A DNA stretch of 64,000 nucleotides from the human T2T-CHM13v2.0 reference genome, Homo sapiens, in the NCBI RefSeq assembly GCF_009914755.1, contig NC_060932.1; one strand, 5' to 3'. A model generated the notes under the pieces. That model had not been told where the DNA came from. It saw only the letters and a list, made by a program, of their open reading frames with translations, and made no database searches. Below are positions 15,209 to 31,214 of the stretch, piece by piece; the first letter of the stretch is position 1; each line of letters begins with the position of its first letter. The position numbers and the translations under genes are program-made.

Positions 15209-18200
15209 TTTTTTAAAATTTTACTTTAGTAGCTTTAAGGGTACAAGTAGTTTTTGGTTACATGGATGAATTATATAATGGGGAATTCTGATGTGTTAGT
15301 GTCACAAGAGTAGTGTACATTGTACCCAATATGTAGTTTTATATCCCTCACCTCTCCACCCTCTGCACTTCTGAGTCTCCAAAGTCCATTATACCATTCT
15401 GTATGCTTTGCATACCCATAGCTTAGCTCCCACTTGTATGTGGTAACATATGGTATTTGGTTTTCCATTCCTGAGTTACTCTACTTAAGGTAATGATTAA
15501 CTCCATCCAAGTTGCTGCAAAAGACATTATTTCATTCTTTTTTATGTCCGAACAGTATTCCATAGTGTATATATATATTTTCTTTATCCACTCATCAGTT
15601 AATGTGCACTTAGGTTGGTTCCATACCTTTGCAATTGTGAATTGTGCTATGATAAACATACATGTATGGGTGTCTTTTTTAATATAATGATTGACTTCTT
15701 TTTCTTTGGGTAGATATCCAAGTAGTGAGATAGCTGGATAGAATGGTAGATCTACTTTTAATTCTTTGGGAAATCTCCATGCTGTTTTCCACTGAGGTTG
15801 TACTAATTTACATTCCTACCAGCAGTGTATAAGTATTCATTTTCACCACATCCACACCAACATCTATTATTTTTGACTTTTTAGCAATGGCCTTTCTGGC
15901 TGGGGTAAGGTGCTATCCCATTGTCGTTTTAATTTGCATTTCTCTGTAGATTAGTGACGTTGAGCATTTTTTATATGTTTGTTAGCCATTTGTATATCTT
16001 CTAGAAATGTCTATTCATGTCATTTCCCACTTTTAATGGGATTATTTGTTTTTTTCCTGCTGATTTGATTGAGTTCACTGTAGATTCTGGATATTAGTCC
16101 TTTGTCAGATACATAGTTTGCAAATATTTTCTCCCAGGTTGTGGGTTGTCTATTTACGCTGATGACTATTTGTTTTGCTGTGCAGAAGGTTTTTAGCTTA
16201 ATTAAGCCCCAATTGTTTATTTTGATTATTGTTGCATTTGATTTTGGGGTCTTAGTCCTAAATTATTTGCATAGGCCAATGTCTAGAAGAATTTTTCCTA
16301 GGTTTTCTTCTAGAATTTTTATAGTTTCAGGTCTTAGACTTAAGTCTTTATCCATCTTGAGTTGATTTTGTATATGATGAGAGATAGGCATCAGGTTTCA
16401 TTCTTCTACATATGGCTATCCAGTTTTCCCAGAATCATTTGTTGAATAGAGTGTACTTTCCTCAATTTCTATTTTTGTGTGCTTTGTCAAAGATCAGCTG
16501 GTTTTAAGTATTTGGCTTTATTTCTGAGTTCCCTATTCTGTTCCATTGGTCTATGTAGCTGCTCTTATATCAGTACCATGCTGTTTTGGTTACTATATAG
16601 CCTTGTAGTATAATTTAAAGTTGGGTAAAGTGATGCTTCCAGATTTGTTCTTTTCACTTAGGATTGCTTTGGCTATTCAGGCTCTTTTCGGTTCCATATG
16701 AATTTTAGTATTGTTTTTCTAGTTTTGTGAAAAATCTTGTTGTTATTTTGATAGGAATTGCATTGAATCTGTAGATTGCTTTGGGCAGTATGGTCATTTT
16801 CACAGTGTTGATTCTTCCAATCCATGAGCATGGGATGTATTTCCATTTGCTTGTGTCATCCGTGATTTAACTCAGCAGTATTTTGTAGTTTTTCTTGTAG
16901 AGAACTTTCATCTCCTTAGTTAAGTATATTCCTAGATTTTTTGTTTATTTGTTTGTATCTAATATGAAAAAGATTGAATTCTCAATTTGATTATCTGCTT
17001 TGTCATTGTTGGTGTATAGCAATGCTACTGATTTGCATATATTGATTTTGTAGCCTGAGACTTTACTGCATTCATTTATCAAATTTAGGAGTCGTTTGGA
17101 GGAGTCTAGGGTTTTCTAGGTATATGATCATATCATCACCAAACAGAGACAGTTTGACTTCCTGTTTTCCAGTTTGGATGCCGTTTATTTCTTTTGCCTG
17201 ACTGCTCTGGCTAGGACTTTCAGTACTATGTTGAACAGAAGTGGTTAAAGTGGGCATCCTTGTCTCCTTCCATTTCTTAAGAGGAAGGCTTTCAACTCTT
17301 CTTCATTCAGTATGATGTTGGCTGTGGGTTTGTCAAATATGGCTTTTGTTATTTTGAGGCATGTTCCTTCTATGCCTAGTGTTTTGAGGGTTTTTATCAT
17401 AAAGTGATGCTGGATTTTATTGAATGCTTTTTCTGTGCCTATTGACATAACCAGATGGGTTTTGTTTTTAATTCTGTTTATGTGGTGGGACCATATTTAT
17501 TGTATAGTGTATATTGAACCATCCCTGCATTCCTAAGATGAAATCCACTTGATCATGGTGAATTATCTCTTTGATGTGCTGTTGGATTCACTGTGCTAGT
17601 ATTTTGTTGAGGGTTTTTGCATCCATGGTCATCAGGGATATTGGTCTGTAGTTTTCCGTTTTTGTTATGTTCTTTCCTGGCTTTGGTATCAGTGTGATAC
17701 TGGCTTCATAGAATGAATTAGGAGGATTCTCTCTTTCTCAATCTTTTGGATTCATTTCAGTAGGATTGGTGCCAATTCTTCTTTGTATGTTTGGTAGAAT
17801 TTGGCTGTTAATCCATCTGGCCCTGGGCTTTTTTTTGTTGTTGGCAAATTTTTTATTACTGATTCAGTCTCACTGCTTGTTATTGACCTACTCAGGATTT
17901 TATTTTTCCTTGATTATTCAAGCTATGAGAATTGTATGTTTCCAGAAATGTATTCATTTCTTCTAGATTTTCTAGTGTGTGCCTAAAGATGTTCATATTT
18001 GTCTCAAAGGATCTTTTGCATTTCTATGGTTTTAGTTGTAATGTTTCCATTTTTGTTTCTAATTGAGCTTATTTACATCTTCTTTCTACTGGGTTAATCT
18101 AGTTAATAATCTATCAATTTTGTTTATTTTTTCAAAAAACCAATGTTTCATTTCATTGATCTTTTGTATTTTTTTGTTTCAGTTTCATTTAGTTCTTCTG

Positions 18201-21200
18201 TGATCTTTGCTATTTCCTTCCTCCTGCTACTTTTGGGTTTGGATTGTTTTTGTTTCTCTAGTTCCTTGAGGTATGACATTAGGTTGTTAATTTGTGATCC
18301 TTCAGACTTTTCGATGTAGACATTTATAACTACAGGTTATGAGGTTTTGATAACTTGTGTCACTGTTACGATTCATTTTGGAGGATTTTTAAATTTCCGT
18401 CTTGATTTCATACCCCAAAATCACCTAGGAGCATACTGTTTAATTTCCATATGTTTGTATAGTTTTGAGGGTTTCCTTTAGAACTGATTTCTAGTTTTAG
18501 TCTGCTGTGGACTGAGAAGATACTTAACATAATTTTGATTTTTTAAAATTTACTGACCTTGTTTTGTGGCCTATCATCTGGCCTACCTTAGAGAGTGTTC
18601 CACGTGCTGATGAGAATAATGTATATTCTGCAGTTCTTGGGTAGAATGTTCTGTAAATATCTGTTTGGTCTATTTGTCCCAGAGTGCAGGTTAAGTCCAG
18701 TGTCTCCATGTTGACTTTCCCCCTTGATGATCTGTCTAGTGCCATCAGTAGAGTGTTGAAGTCCCCCACTGTTATTGCATTGTTTAATTGATCCTTTTAT
18801 CATTATATCTTCTTGTATAATTGATCCTTTTATCAGTATGTAATGTCCATTTTTGTCTTTTTTTACCATTGTTGTTTTAAAGTCTGTTTTATTTGATGTA
18901 AGAATAGCAACTCCTGCTCACTTTTATTTCCATTTGCACAGAATGTTTTTTTACTCATTTACCTTGAATCTGTAAGAATTCTTATGTATTAGGTGTGTCT
19001 CTTGAAGAGAGCACATATTAAGTTTGTGATTTTTAAAATCCATTCTGCCAATCTGTATCTTTTAAGCGGAGCGTTTAGACTACTTACATTTAATGCTGTT
19101 AATATTGAGATGTGAGGTACGGTTCCCAAAATCATGTTGCTTTTTATCTAGTTACTTTGTTTTCTTCATTTGTTATTGTTTTATAGGCCCTGTAAATTTT
19201 AGGCTATCAAGAGTTTATACTCTAGTGCATGTGAACCTTTTTTTTTTTCTTCAAGATTTAGAACTCTTTTTAGCACTTTTTTTTGTAAGACTAGTCTGAC
19301 AGTGACAAATTCTCTCAGTATTTGCTCATCTGAGAAAGACTTTATTTCTCCTTCATTTATGAAACTTAGTTTTGCTGGATACAAAATTCTTGGCTGAGAG
19401 TTATTCTCTTTAAGGAGACTAAAGATAGGAGCCCAATCCTTTACAGCTTATAAAATTCCTGCTAAGAAGTCTGCTGTCCGTCTGATAGATTTCCCTTTAT
19501 AGGTTACCTGATGCTTTTTTGTCTCACTGCTCTCAGAATTTTTTCTTTCATGTCAACATTAGATAATCTGATGACTATATGCCTTGGTGATGTCCTTCTT
19601 CATAACTCTCTCAGTAGTTCTTTGAGCTTCTTATATTTAGATGTCTAAATCTCTAGCAAGGCAAGGGAAGATTTCCTCAATTATTCCTTCAAATACATTT
19701 TCCAAACTTTTTGCTTTTCCTTCTCCTTCTGGAACACCAGTGATTCTTAGGTTTGGCCATTTCACATAATCCTGTATGTCTTGAAGACTTTGTTTCCTTC
19801 TTTAAATTCTTCTTTCTGCTGTCTGATAGGGTTTATTCAAAAGCCTTGTCTTCAAGCTTTAAAATTATTTCTTCTACTTGGTCTAGTCTATTGTTAAAAC
19901 TCAACTGCATTTTGTAATTTTCTAATTGTATTTTTCATTTCCAGAAGTTCTGATTGGTTTTTCTTTAAAATATCTATCTCTTTAGAACATTTTTCATTCA
20001 TACCCTGAATTCTTTTAATTTCTTTACGTTGGTTTTTGCCTTTATTTTCCATCTCCTTTAATAACTTAATAATCAACCTTTTGAATTTTTTATCTAGTAT
20101 TTCAAAGCTTTCATCTTGGTTTGGATTCATTGCTGATCTTTTGAGGAGAGTTATAGAACCGTATTTTTTCATATTGCCAGAATTATTTTTCTAGTTTCTT
20201 CTCATTTGGATAGACTATTTCTTCTAATCATTTTGAAATTTTTTTTCATTTGACTGTGCTTTAAAAAAAATTTCAGGTTTTTTTCCCCCCTTAAGGATGT
20301 GGCTTTAATATTTATAGTTTATTGTAACCTAATTTGGCTCTGGGTGCTTTCAGTGGTGAAGATTCTGTATGAGTTCCTTGGCTATAGAGAGTCTCTGTGT
20401 GATCACATTCTCAGGTGCTAGTTGTAGTAACAATGTGCTCTGTGTGTGAGTGGCTTCACTGTCTCCTGTGAGGCTGAAATGGCAGAGGTCTCATGAAGCT
20501 TATCTCATTACCCAGTGGTGTGCACTTATTTATTTATTTTTCCCCATTTATTTCCTCACTGGGTTGAATAGTTTAGGCTTCAGGCCAGTAGGAAGTTTCC
20601 ACAGGTAAAAAGTAGCTGTGGCTAAAGCAGGTGGGTAAACATAACACCCAATGGTGGGCAGAGGACCCAGCCTTGCCAGAGGCAGCTGGGGAAGCTCTCA
20701 GTGACATGTGTTGAGACCTTTTTGGGGAAAGGATGGGAGCCACTTTAGTTCTCCTACTAGGCCAGCAGGAAGGTGATCCACCTGTCAGTCACACTTCTTA
20801 CCTAGTGTTCTAGCCATTCAAATCAAACAAGCACTTCTTTTTATCTGCAGGAATGCTGATGTTCCACATAGATGGGTCTTGTGACTGTACCCCTCATGCA
20901 AACTTAAACCTGGATGGCACTCCTCTTATGGGGATGTAGTCACCCTGAAGTGTTACAGAAAGGCTGTCTACAGCTGCACCCATGCTGAGCTCCCATGGGC
21001 GAAGCCTCCGCTGTGTCTGCAGTGGTGGGTGAGAGGAAGAAGAAGTCTCCTTTTCCAAGATGCTTCATGAGCCTTGGGGCTGCCTGAATGTTGGGGTAGA
21101 GCTGCAGACTTTCCCCACTGAGCCCAGCATTCCACTTGTGTCTCTGCTGAAACATTTTGTAAGCAGAAAGTTCCAGGACTCAAGTCCTACCGACTGGATT

Positions 21201-22820
21201 CTGTTATCCCACAGTATGCTCCCTTAATGTGGTGCATTCTCCCTTCCCTTAGAAGTAGGAATCCCTGAGAGCTAGACTACTGTGAATCCTGCTGCTTCTC
21301 TGGGTCTAGCTGTGCAGTGGGACTGCCACACTTCAGGCTGGTGCTAGGGGATGTCCACAAAAGATCCAGTGATGTGACCTCTCTTTTAGCCTTCCAGCAG
21401 CAGGTACCAGCAACAACTCTGATGGTGTTGGAATGGGAATGATGTAGACTCTGTGAGATTTCCTTCCTTATAAATCACCTTAGTATGTTGTTCTTCTCAA
21501 ATGCCAGGTGTACTGGTAACGTACTGGTCATGTAGACAGAGTGAAGCCTTCCTGGTTAGGCAGGGTGATGCAGGCTTGGGTAATAGCTAAGGTTGTGCAA
21601 AAGTGTACTCGTTCCTAGGCACTGTGTTACTGTACCTGCAAATGTTGTAATGGCATGTATTGGTTGGCCTCCAGCTAGGAGGTGGTGCGTGCTTGCAAAA
21701 GAATGCCAGTTGCAGTGGTACTGGTGGGATTTGTGCTTGCCTTATGTTATCCAGGGGAGGTATTCTGGTGTCTCAGACAATGGGTGGCACCATGGAGCTC
21801 TCAAAATTACCTGTCCTTTATACTAAGCTACCAGGGTAGGTAGAGGGACAAAATCAGGTGGCGCTGGGCCAGGCAAGGCTGTATCCTACTTTCCCATGTA
21901 CAGGTGCAAGCAGCGGCCCCAGTGGAGATTGGAGGGCGGTTCCCTGGCTACTGGGGTAATAATCCAGGTGGACCAAAGCTGCCTCTGCTGCACAGAAGAA
22001 TCTGCACAAGGAGTGGGGAGGAGCAGGCAGCAGTAAGCCCTATCCAGCTCCCATGCGCTTGGCAAGGCAGGTCTCACACATGCAGTGTTCCACCAGCAGC
22101 AGCTAGCTGGGTTGGAGTTAGCCTGCACTCTGAACCCAGAACTGCCCCAGGCTATAAACCTTCCCTATCCAGACAGAAACTGAGGTTTTCCAACTACACT
22201 TCTCCTGGTCTGCCTGTGAAACAGCACAATCAGCTCCTGCACGTGTGGCTAAAGCACACACACTGCTTGTGCCTCAGTTCTGGACAAGGGGGTTCATCAC
22301 CACTCAAAATTATATCACAAATCTCAGTTGGGAGCTTCTCTCAACCTGTGACCACCACCTGAGTTAGCTGGCTGATTTCTGCAAGGTCCCCTATTAGGTA
22401 GGATCATGAATGGCTTCCTTCTGTCCCTGCTGGAGTCTGGGAATGCACAAAAAGCACATCCCAATGCTGCTCCTTCTCATACACTCCCTACCGCTTACAA
22501 AATCAGCACTGGGCAGGGTTAAGGCCTCACCCCATGGCCTGGATTGCCAGGCCCCACAGTAGGAGTGAATATCATGGAGGCAGCGTCTTCCACCTCATGC
22601 TCTAGGGACTCACAGTTTTCTGCCTGGCTCATTCATGGTGTAGGCTGCCGCCTTCTGCTTCTTTCAAAGGGTCTGTAGTTTCTTTCCGTTGTTTTGTTAA
22701 GTTCTTGTGTTGCTTCTTTGAAAAAAGTTCACAGCATAAATCCCTACACTCTATTTTGTCTTTCCAAGGGGAGAGGCAGGCTAACAGTGTCTCCAATCCG
22801 CCATCTTGGAAACAAAATGT
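15209..22820 (-). mobile_element. Near full-length ancient LINE-1 (L1PB-like), inactive
   Basis: L1PB-type 3'UTR at ~15.2-15.45 kb; broken ORF2 (endonuclease GDFNTLL...DIYRTFYP; RT-region [17 protein letters not shown]); broken ORF1 (YPAKLSFINEGEIKSFSD); ~2.6 kb 5'UTR ending at ccgccatcttgg. Many stops and frameshifts. Confidence 0.93.
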
Positions 22821-23977
22821 TTTCCCCTTATTTTTTAATTAGTTCAGAACTTGAGGGGGAAGAAAAAGAGTGGCACTATTTTGGGGGGACTCTTCAAGAA
22901 CTCCAATTTAAGACTTTGGCAAATATTTTCTGATGATGAAACTACTATCTGATAGAGCAGAGGGAGAGAGCTGTCTAAAGAATCATGTAGCCCCAAGAGG
23001 AGGCTCTGGAAAGGAAGTGTATACAGGAAATGCAGGAAAAAGAAAATAAGGCAAGACTTATGATCGTCATGTATCTGAATTAATCATTGTTCTGATTCCT
23101 ACTTTACTGATTAGGTATCAATAAAGCTGCACAAGGGAAAGCAGTTTGTTTTGTTTCATTGCTGAATTTTTAGCGCTTAGAGTTCTGCCTGGCACATAGT
23201 AGTTGGTCAATGAACACTTTTTAAATAAACAAATAAAATGCAATTGCCCGTGGTGGAATTATAGATTTCTTTTACAGGTGACTACACTGAAGCCAAGGGA
23301 ACTTGATTACCCAAACAGAAACTGCTAATTCATGGCAGAATCCAGGCTTCCTGGACGCTATTAAAATGCTTTTTCCATTATAACATGCTGCTCCCCTGGG
23401 TAGCCTCCCACCTACAAGCCCTTGCCAAATTATCTTACCTCTAATCTAATTAACTTTAAAGCTCTTTATTCTCTGACTTTAATGTTTTGGGCTACTCCAG
23501 CAAAGTGGTTGCTCTCCCCAAAAAAATGACTCTCTGAGTCTCTGTGCATTTTCTTCCCTCTACCTGGAATAGACAGCGACTCATCAAATCTTTAAGTTTC
23601 CATTCATAAACCTTCTTGCTTCCAAGAACCTCTTCCTGATCAACCTTATTCATCTTTAGTCATACGTTAAGGCATTTATTTTACCTACTTGTAAATATTT
23701 TCATAACTACATTATTTTTACTTAAACTTTAGGTAGAACTAAAAACATATTGGAGTGGGCACCCAGATCTCATCTATTTGCCTTTCTCTGGAAATTGTCA
23801 CCTAGCTTCATTCCTACCCAAAACACAGGGTGAGCCAATAGCTATGGCTGTACTTGAAGATCCAATCTTCCTGGTCATAGTGATGAATCCAGGTGTGAAC
23901 AGCTGACCCACCCTGGGCTGAGCAGACTGCCTGTTCTAGAAATTGAAAATTCCAAGTTGAGAGACGCAGAGGGAAAG

Positions 23978-24138
23978 AAGGGGATTGGAGGGAGGGAAGG
24001 GGATTGGAGGGAGAGAAGGGAATGGGAGGGAGGGAAGGGGATTGGAGGGAGAGAAGGGAATGGGAGGGAGGGAAGGGGATTGGAGCGGGGAAGGGGATTG
24101 GAGGGAGGGAAGGGGATTGGAGGCAGGGAAGGGGATTG
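23978..24138 (+). repeat. 19-bp G-rich minisatellite (AAGGGGATTGGAGGGAGGG)~8.5
   Basis: Units read directly; variant AAGGGAATGGGAGGGAGGG is interspersed. Flanks (~23800-24330) look like an MLT1-type LTR. Confidence 0.92.
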
Positions 24139-24756
24139 TAGCTGAATCCTGTGCACAGCAAGATGCTTGAAAGAAAACCACAAATTCAGCTTTCTGGAGC
24201 TTTCTGGTCTCTGTTGCTTCTGTGGCCTAGTTTTCCACCCTTCTTTGGATTCTACATGTTCCAGCATCTTTCCAGTACATTCTTGCTTTTGCAATGGCCT
24301 GCTAGAGTTAGTTTCTGTGAGTTGCTATAACACTGAGAAATAATCCACTCTTCTCATTTTGAAGCTAAGAAAACTGAGGCCTGGAGATGACTTGCCCAGA
24401 GTAGCTTTCTTTAGGTTTCCTTGGGAATATCTGTCCTTTCTCTCCCGCTAGCTTGTCATGCACCTCTTCTTTGTCTCTCTCTATGCCTGTATCTTCACCA
24501 CCCTGCTTGCACACTGGTGAGAATGTGCTTCTCACCCCCGAGCCTGGATTCCCTAATAGCGTTGTATGTTTCATCTCATGCCTCTCTTCACCTGTTTTGA
24601 GAGAGTCATTGTATAAAACATTCATTGCCTTTTTGGCCTTTTTGCCCTTGTCTTTCCACAGCCGTCTATCATGGGTCATTCCTCAAGGTCATGTGTATGC
24701 TAGCTTCCAAGTTGAAGACCAGTTATGTGAAAGGCACTGTTTAGGAACATGATACT

Positions 24757-25177
<421 letters not shown>

Positions 25178-25670
25178 TCAGTAACAATAGAAGGTGATCG
25201 CTGATGCTTCTGGCTCAAAGATTTAGATTTTATTTGTGGGTCTGCCTCTTTGTACGGCTGTGGACAGGACATGGATTGGGTATAGACAGCCCTCTTGTGA
25301 AGGCCACTCTCAAAGGCTTCTAGGTCCGCCGAGGTTGGGAAGCGAGGGTGCAACATGGATGGGGATAGAAATGGCCTTCTTTGTAATAATAATGTAAAAA
25401 ATACAAACATAAAGGCTGAGTACTTTATTTTAAATTCTACTGTGGGAAAGACAAGTATATTTGTTTATGGAATTGAATGTCCTTCAGAAACTCATGTTAT
25501 TCTTTTTTTAATGCCCTATAAAAATAACTATTCCATTATACTCATGAAGATGTGTCATTTAATTTTAACTACAACATAAATAAAAAGGAGGCTGCACTCG
25601 CTTCTCGCTTGGGGATTAAATAGTTTTTTCCAAAATAAATTCTGAAATGTTGTTCATCATTTAAAACTTA

Positions 25671-25979
<309 letters not shown>

Positions 25980-26919
25980 TTAGTACCTAATGATAATTTA
26001 GTATCTGTATATTTTCTATTTGTTTTGGCAACAGTATTTATTAGGTTTTACACTTATTGTGTGCTTAGCTGTCTTGATATGTCCTTAAGGAATTTAAAAT
26101 CTGGATGTACAGTCAAGATTTACACATGTGAAACAATCAAACGACCTAAGACAGCATAGATTTACATCCATGAAGGTCAAGAAGCAGGAAATGATTACTA
26201 TTAATAAATACGCTTACGATTTTCAGAGAATGGTTTCCCTTTCAAAAGCATTATACTGATTGACCATTCAACAATCCAAATAATGAAGCATACTTGACGG
26301 AGGCAAAACATTTTGCAATGACTAAAAATTGTTATGCTTCATTCACTACGTCTCTAAGTATTTAAATCAAAGAATACTTTTCAAGCTGTGTTTCATAACC
26401 ACTCAAACAATACGACTATCCAAGGAAGTTATAAAAGTAAAGAGTCGCCTTGAAAAATTATTTCCCCATGCGATGTCAGTTGAAAAGCTGGTTAGACAGC
26501 TTCACTTTCAGACAGGCATGCTGGCTTGGAAACAGTAAGTGCTAGCCAGATGCTCACGCCAACAGTGACTCAGAGATATGCTGTTGCTTCATGGCAGGGA
26601 GGCCAGCGTTGCAGATAGATTAGATTCTGTGGATGATGCTGTGGATGCCGAGCATACTTTAGGTTTGCAACTTTGCTGACACAAATTCAAGAGGAATGTG
26701 AAATGTGACAAAGAAGACTCCTAATCCATTTTTCATTCCAGGAAGGCATAATGCATAAAGGTTAAGGACACAAACATGCGAATCTAACAACCTGGACTGA
26801 TATCCAAGCGCTTCCACTCTTAATCTTTGGCAAGTAACTTCTCTGCCTTCTTTTCCTCATCTGTAACACAGATATAACAAAAGGTTTACTTTGACGGTTA
26901 AATGAATTAAAACACGTAA

Positions 26920-27315
<396 letters not shown>

Positions 27316-27586
27316 TGAATAGTTTCTTAAAGGATACACCAATTCACATAAAGCAGTGGTCTCTGAACTCTTTTCCTCAATCCCATATCCAGTTGTACGA
27401 AGCAGCTGGAGAGAATAAAAGGGGTGAGGAATGAGAAAGTCCACATGGATATATGCTGCGCATAAGTTACATGTCACTTACACCTGCATGGAAGCCAACA
27501 TTGTGTTGTCTATCTATGCCATGGGATCTAGAAACACACACAGCTCAAGGCAGATGGAGGTAATAAACTGTGGATGGAAGTAATAA

Positions 27587-27922
<336 letters not shown>

Positions 27923-28634
27923 CATTCTGTCCATTTTCTTAATTTCAAAGTATACAGTAGTCAGAGGACAAAATTAGAGCCAGGCAAAGACAGAAGAGGG
28001 AGCAGACTCCCAGGGAGATAAGAGAAGAGGATACTTCATTCGTGTTTTGAGTGTTTAAATCCATCCTGTCATGTGTGGGGTTTCAGGTAACCACATTGGG
28101 GAGAGAAGGTGATGGGCAGGACGCTTAAAGTCTGAGTGATGTTTTTGCCCTAATAATCCTGGTCTTCTGCAAATAGGAGCCTGGCAGAAACCTATTAAAA
28201 TCTTTGCTTGATCAATCGATTTTTAGTCCCTTACCCACTGGACTAAAACCTTGACGGCAGAAGCTTCTCTATCTTGCTTTTTCACATATTCCCCTACCAA
28301 CCACTGTGCTTAGAACATACTAGCACTTGACATGTATTTTTTATTTTTACTGTTGAATTTGATCTTAGAAACTTGTCATTGAAAAAATTCAAACATATCA
28401 GCTCCATATGGGTGCCCATGCATTTGTAACACTTATTTTGAGAGTGCTGGACAACAAGCTGGGAATGTAGGAAGGATTTGGGAAGGCTGCACAGGTGTGG
28501 GAATCCCATCACCGTGTCTAATCTCCAAAGTCTCCTCTGCATCAGCTCTCACTAATCACCACTAGCCGATGGGCAGTGGATCAGACCTCATTTGACCTTC
28601 GGTAGACGGCAAAGCAGTTTTGAAATTCATCTAG

Positions 28635-28922
<288 letters not shown>

Positions 28923-31214
28923 TAGAACCTTGTTCCTTTGAGGCTCCAGCAAACTGCCATCACTGTGACACATCAATGCTACATATAACTGGCCTGCCTG
29001 TGGATTTCAAATTAATCTTGAAGAATGAAAATAAAAAGTTAAGCGATTATAGGAAAATGCCTCTAGTCCAACTGACGAACCAGAATTTTTAGTCTTGAGT
29101 CATTTCTCACTTAAACCTCAAACCATTAGGTGCCTAATTTGTGAGAGAAGAAAAGGCATAGATTGATGACTGGATAAACCTTGTCAGGAGCTGGAAAAAC
29201 CAGATTGTTGGCACTATTAAAATCTTTCTCATTTATTGCTCTTTTTCATTTCTCATTTGTTCTTTATTGTAAACATAAATATTTGCTGAAATTTAGAAAC
29301 GTATAGAATATGCTTTTAATCACACTTAACTCAGATTCTCAGGCTAATTTGTTGTCTGATTCTCATGATTCATGGAAGGGTCAAATTTTGGACTTTTAGA
29401 TTCCTTTCCCTGCAAGTTTTTCATTGTGTAGATAAGGACATTGGGGCCGGAGAGAGGATTGACTGAGCCATGGTCCCCTTGTTTGCTCTGTTAGAGCCAA
29501 GATAGCCTCCAGGTATCCTCACTCTTCTTCCCATTCCTCAAGTATTCTTTGTTCTGTTCCAAACAGCCACCCGTCTTTCAATTCCAGGCCATGTCTACAA
29601 GAGAACTGAGTTTAGCTTGGAGGGGATCACTTCCAGAGCCATCAGTGTTTTAGTTAATGACTAATTCACCACTTCCAAAAATGGAGCTGCAAAAAAGTTT
29701 CTTCTGTTCTCTAATGAATTTAATTCCCTGCCAAAAACACAGCCATCCCCTACATGTGGAACAGAAACCAATCCTGATGCTGCCTGTTGTCACACTGAGA
29801 CCCACATAGGGAAGGGGAGGATCCCTGGCCAGGAAGAGTACAGGGCTACATATCCTGACAGTGCAGGGAGGAGTGGTTGGTGGCCTCATGCCAACAGCTG
29901 GCAAGACCCAGGACAGCAGTTCCCAGGACAGGGGTTCCAATAAAGTTAACAGAACAGCAGGAACCATTCCATAGGCTGCCCTAGAAGGATCACAGGATTC
30001 CCTCAGTTACGGGCTCATGGGTGTAGCCATGGCTCTCATTGACAGTGACCAGTTTATCATGAACTACACAACTCAAAATTAAAAATAGCCCACCTACTAT
30101 TTCTATCTTAATAAAAGTCAATTGTATGCTTGTAATTCAAACCTAGCATTTGTGCCTACAAAAATTTATACTACTGCGCTGTAACACATTTTTGTCATCT
30201 TCATTACACTGTAATGTCTATAGCCTGCAGCCTGTAGAAGGCGACAGTTTATTAAATAAAGAGGAAAAAATATTTTTACCTGGTGGCATTTACTCTGAGA
30301 ACCCATATTCTACCTTTGGGAAAAGTTTCCCTGGGGACTCACATGAATACAGACAATTAATGAACATCAACTCAAAATTTTCCTTTGTTAAAATAAATAT
30401 ACATTTAACTTCCCAAGATTTCTGGCTATCTGGCTGTTTTGGGGGTCTGACAGTACTTTGTTTAGCAGCAGATAAAGTGGTCTTCACTGTTCCATTTTCA
30501 CTTCACAGAAGGAAGGAACACATCGGTCCCTGTGAATCCTACTTGGTATCCTGGTAACTTACATAGTGGCCTTCAGTTCTGCTTAGCAATTGCCTACAAG
30601 TGGATTTCAAAATAGTTCCTTAACTAAGGGTTAGACCATTTAAGGACTGAGCGTGTCAATTCAGGGAACTTACAAGCCTTTAAATGTTGCGCCATTGTCA
30701 ATGCATGCAATAAGGGCTTCTTTCCTTTTTGGGTGTCTAAAGAAAATATATTTATTTCACCGTACTATTTATTCCAATCCCCCTTCCTAATGATTCATTT
30801 GTCTTGTAGTTTAATAAGTATCTTTCAAACTCTCACTAGCTCTAATTTCAGCCCAAAGATTGCAAATGCACTGGATATTTGACTTTCTGTTGGTGTAGTC
30901 TTTCTTCTCATTTTGCCTTCCAACATTGGACATGCTCTAATCATCCATCCAGCGGGGCTCATGGGTCAGTGTTAGGGTTGCTTCTTAATTTTAAACAAGG
31001 AGTACTCTTTACTGTGCTAGGCTTCTGATACTGATGATACAACTGTGTAAACACCTTTTAAAGTGCTATTAGAAATGTCTTTTGGTAGCCTTGAAAATCT
31101 TAGATATACACAAGGTTATTAAATGACAGAGCCATTTTTCATACAAGGGACCATGAGAGGATTCGCATCTAGGTACCAAAATTAGACTTCAGGGTTTGTA
31201 AAAGTAATCTATTA

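Noticed and set aside
15271-20172. L1 ORF1/ORF2 peptides as functional proteins
   Set aside because: Fragmented by many stops and frameshifts; a retrotransposition-dead fossil.
23814-24294. Pro/Ser-rich or Gly/Glu/Arg-rich repetitive ORFs, and a CRISPR-like reading of the array
   Set aside because: Products of a head-to-tail 19-bp minisatellite with no unique spacers and no cas genes, in a human context.
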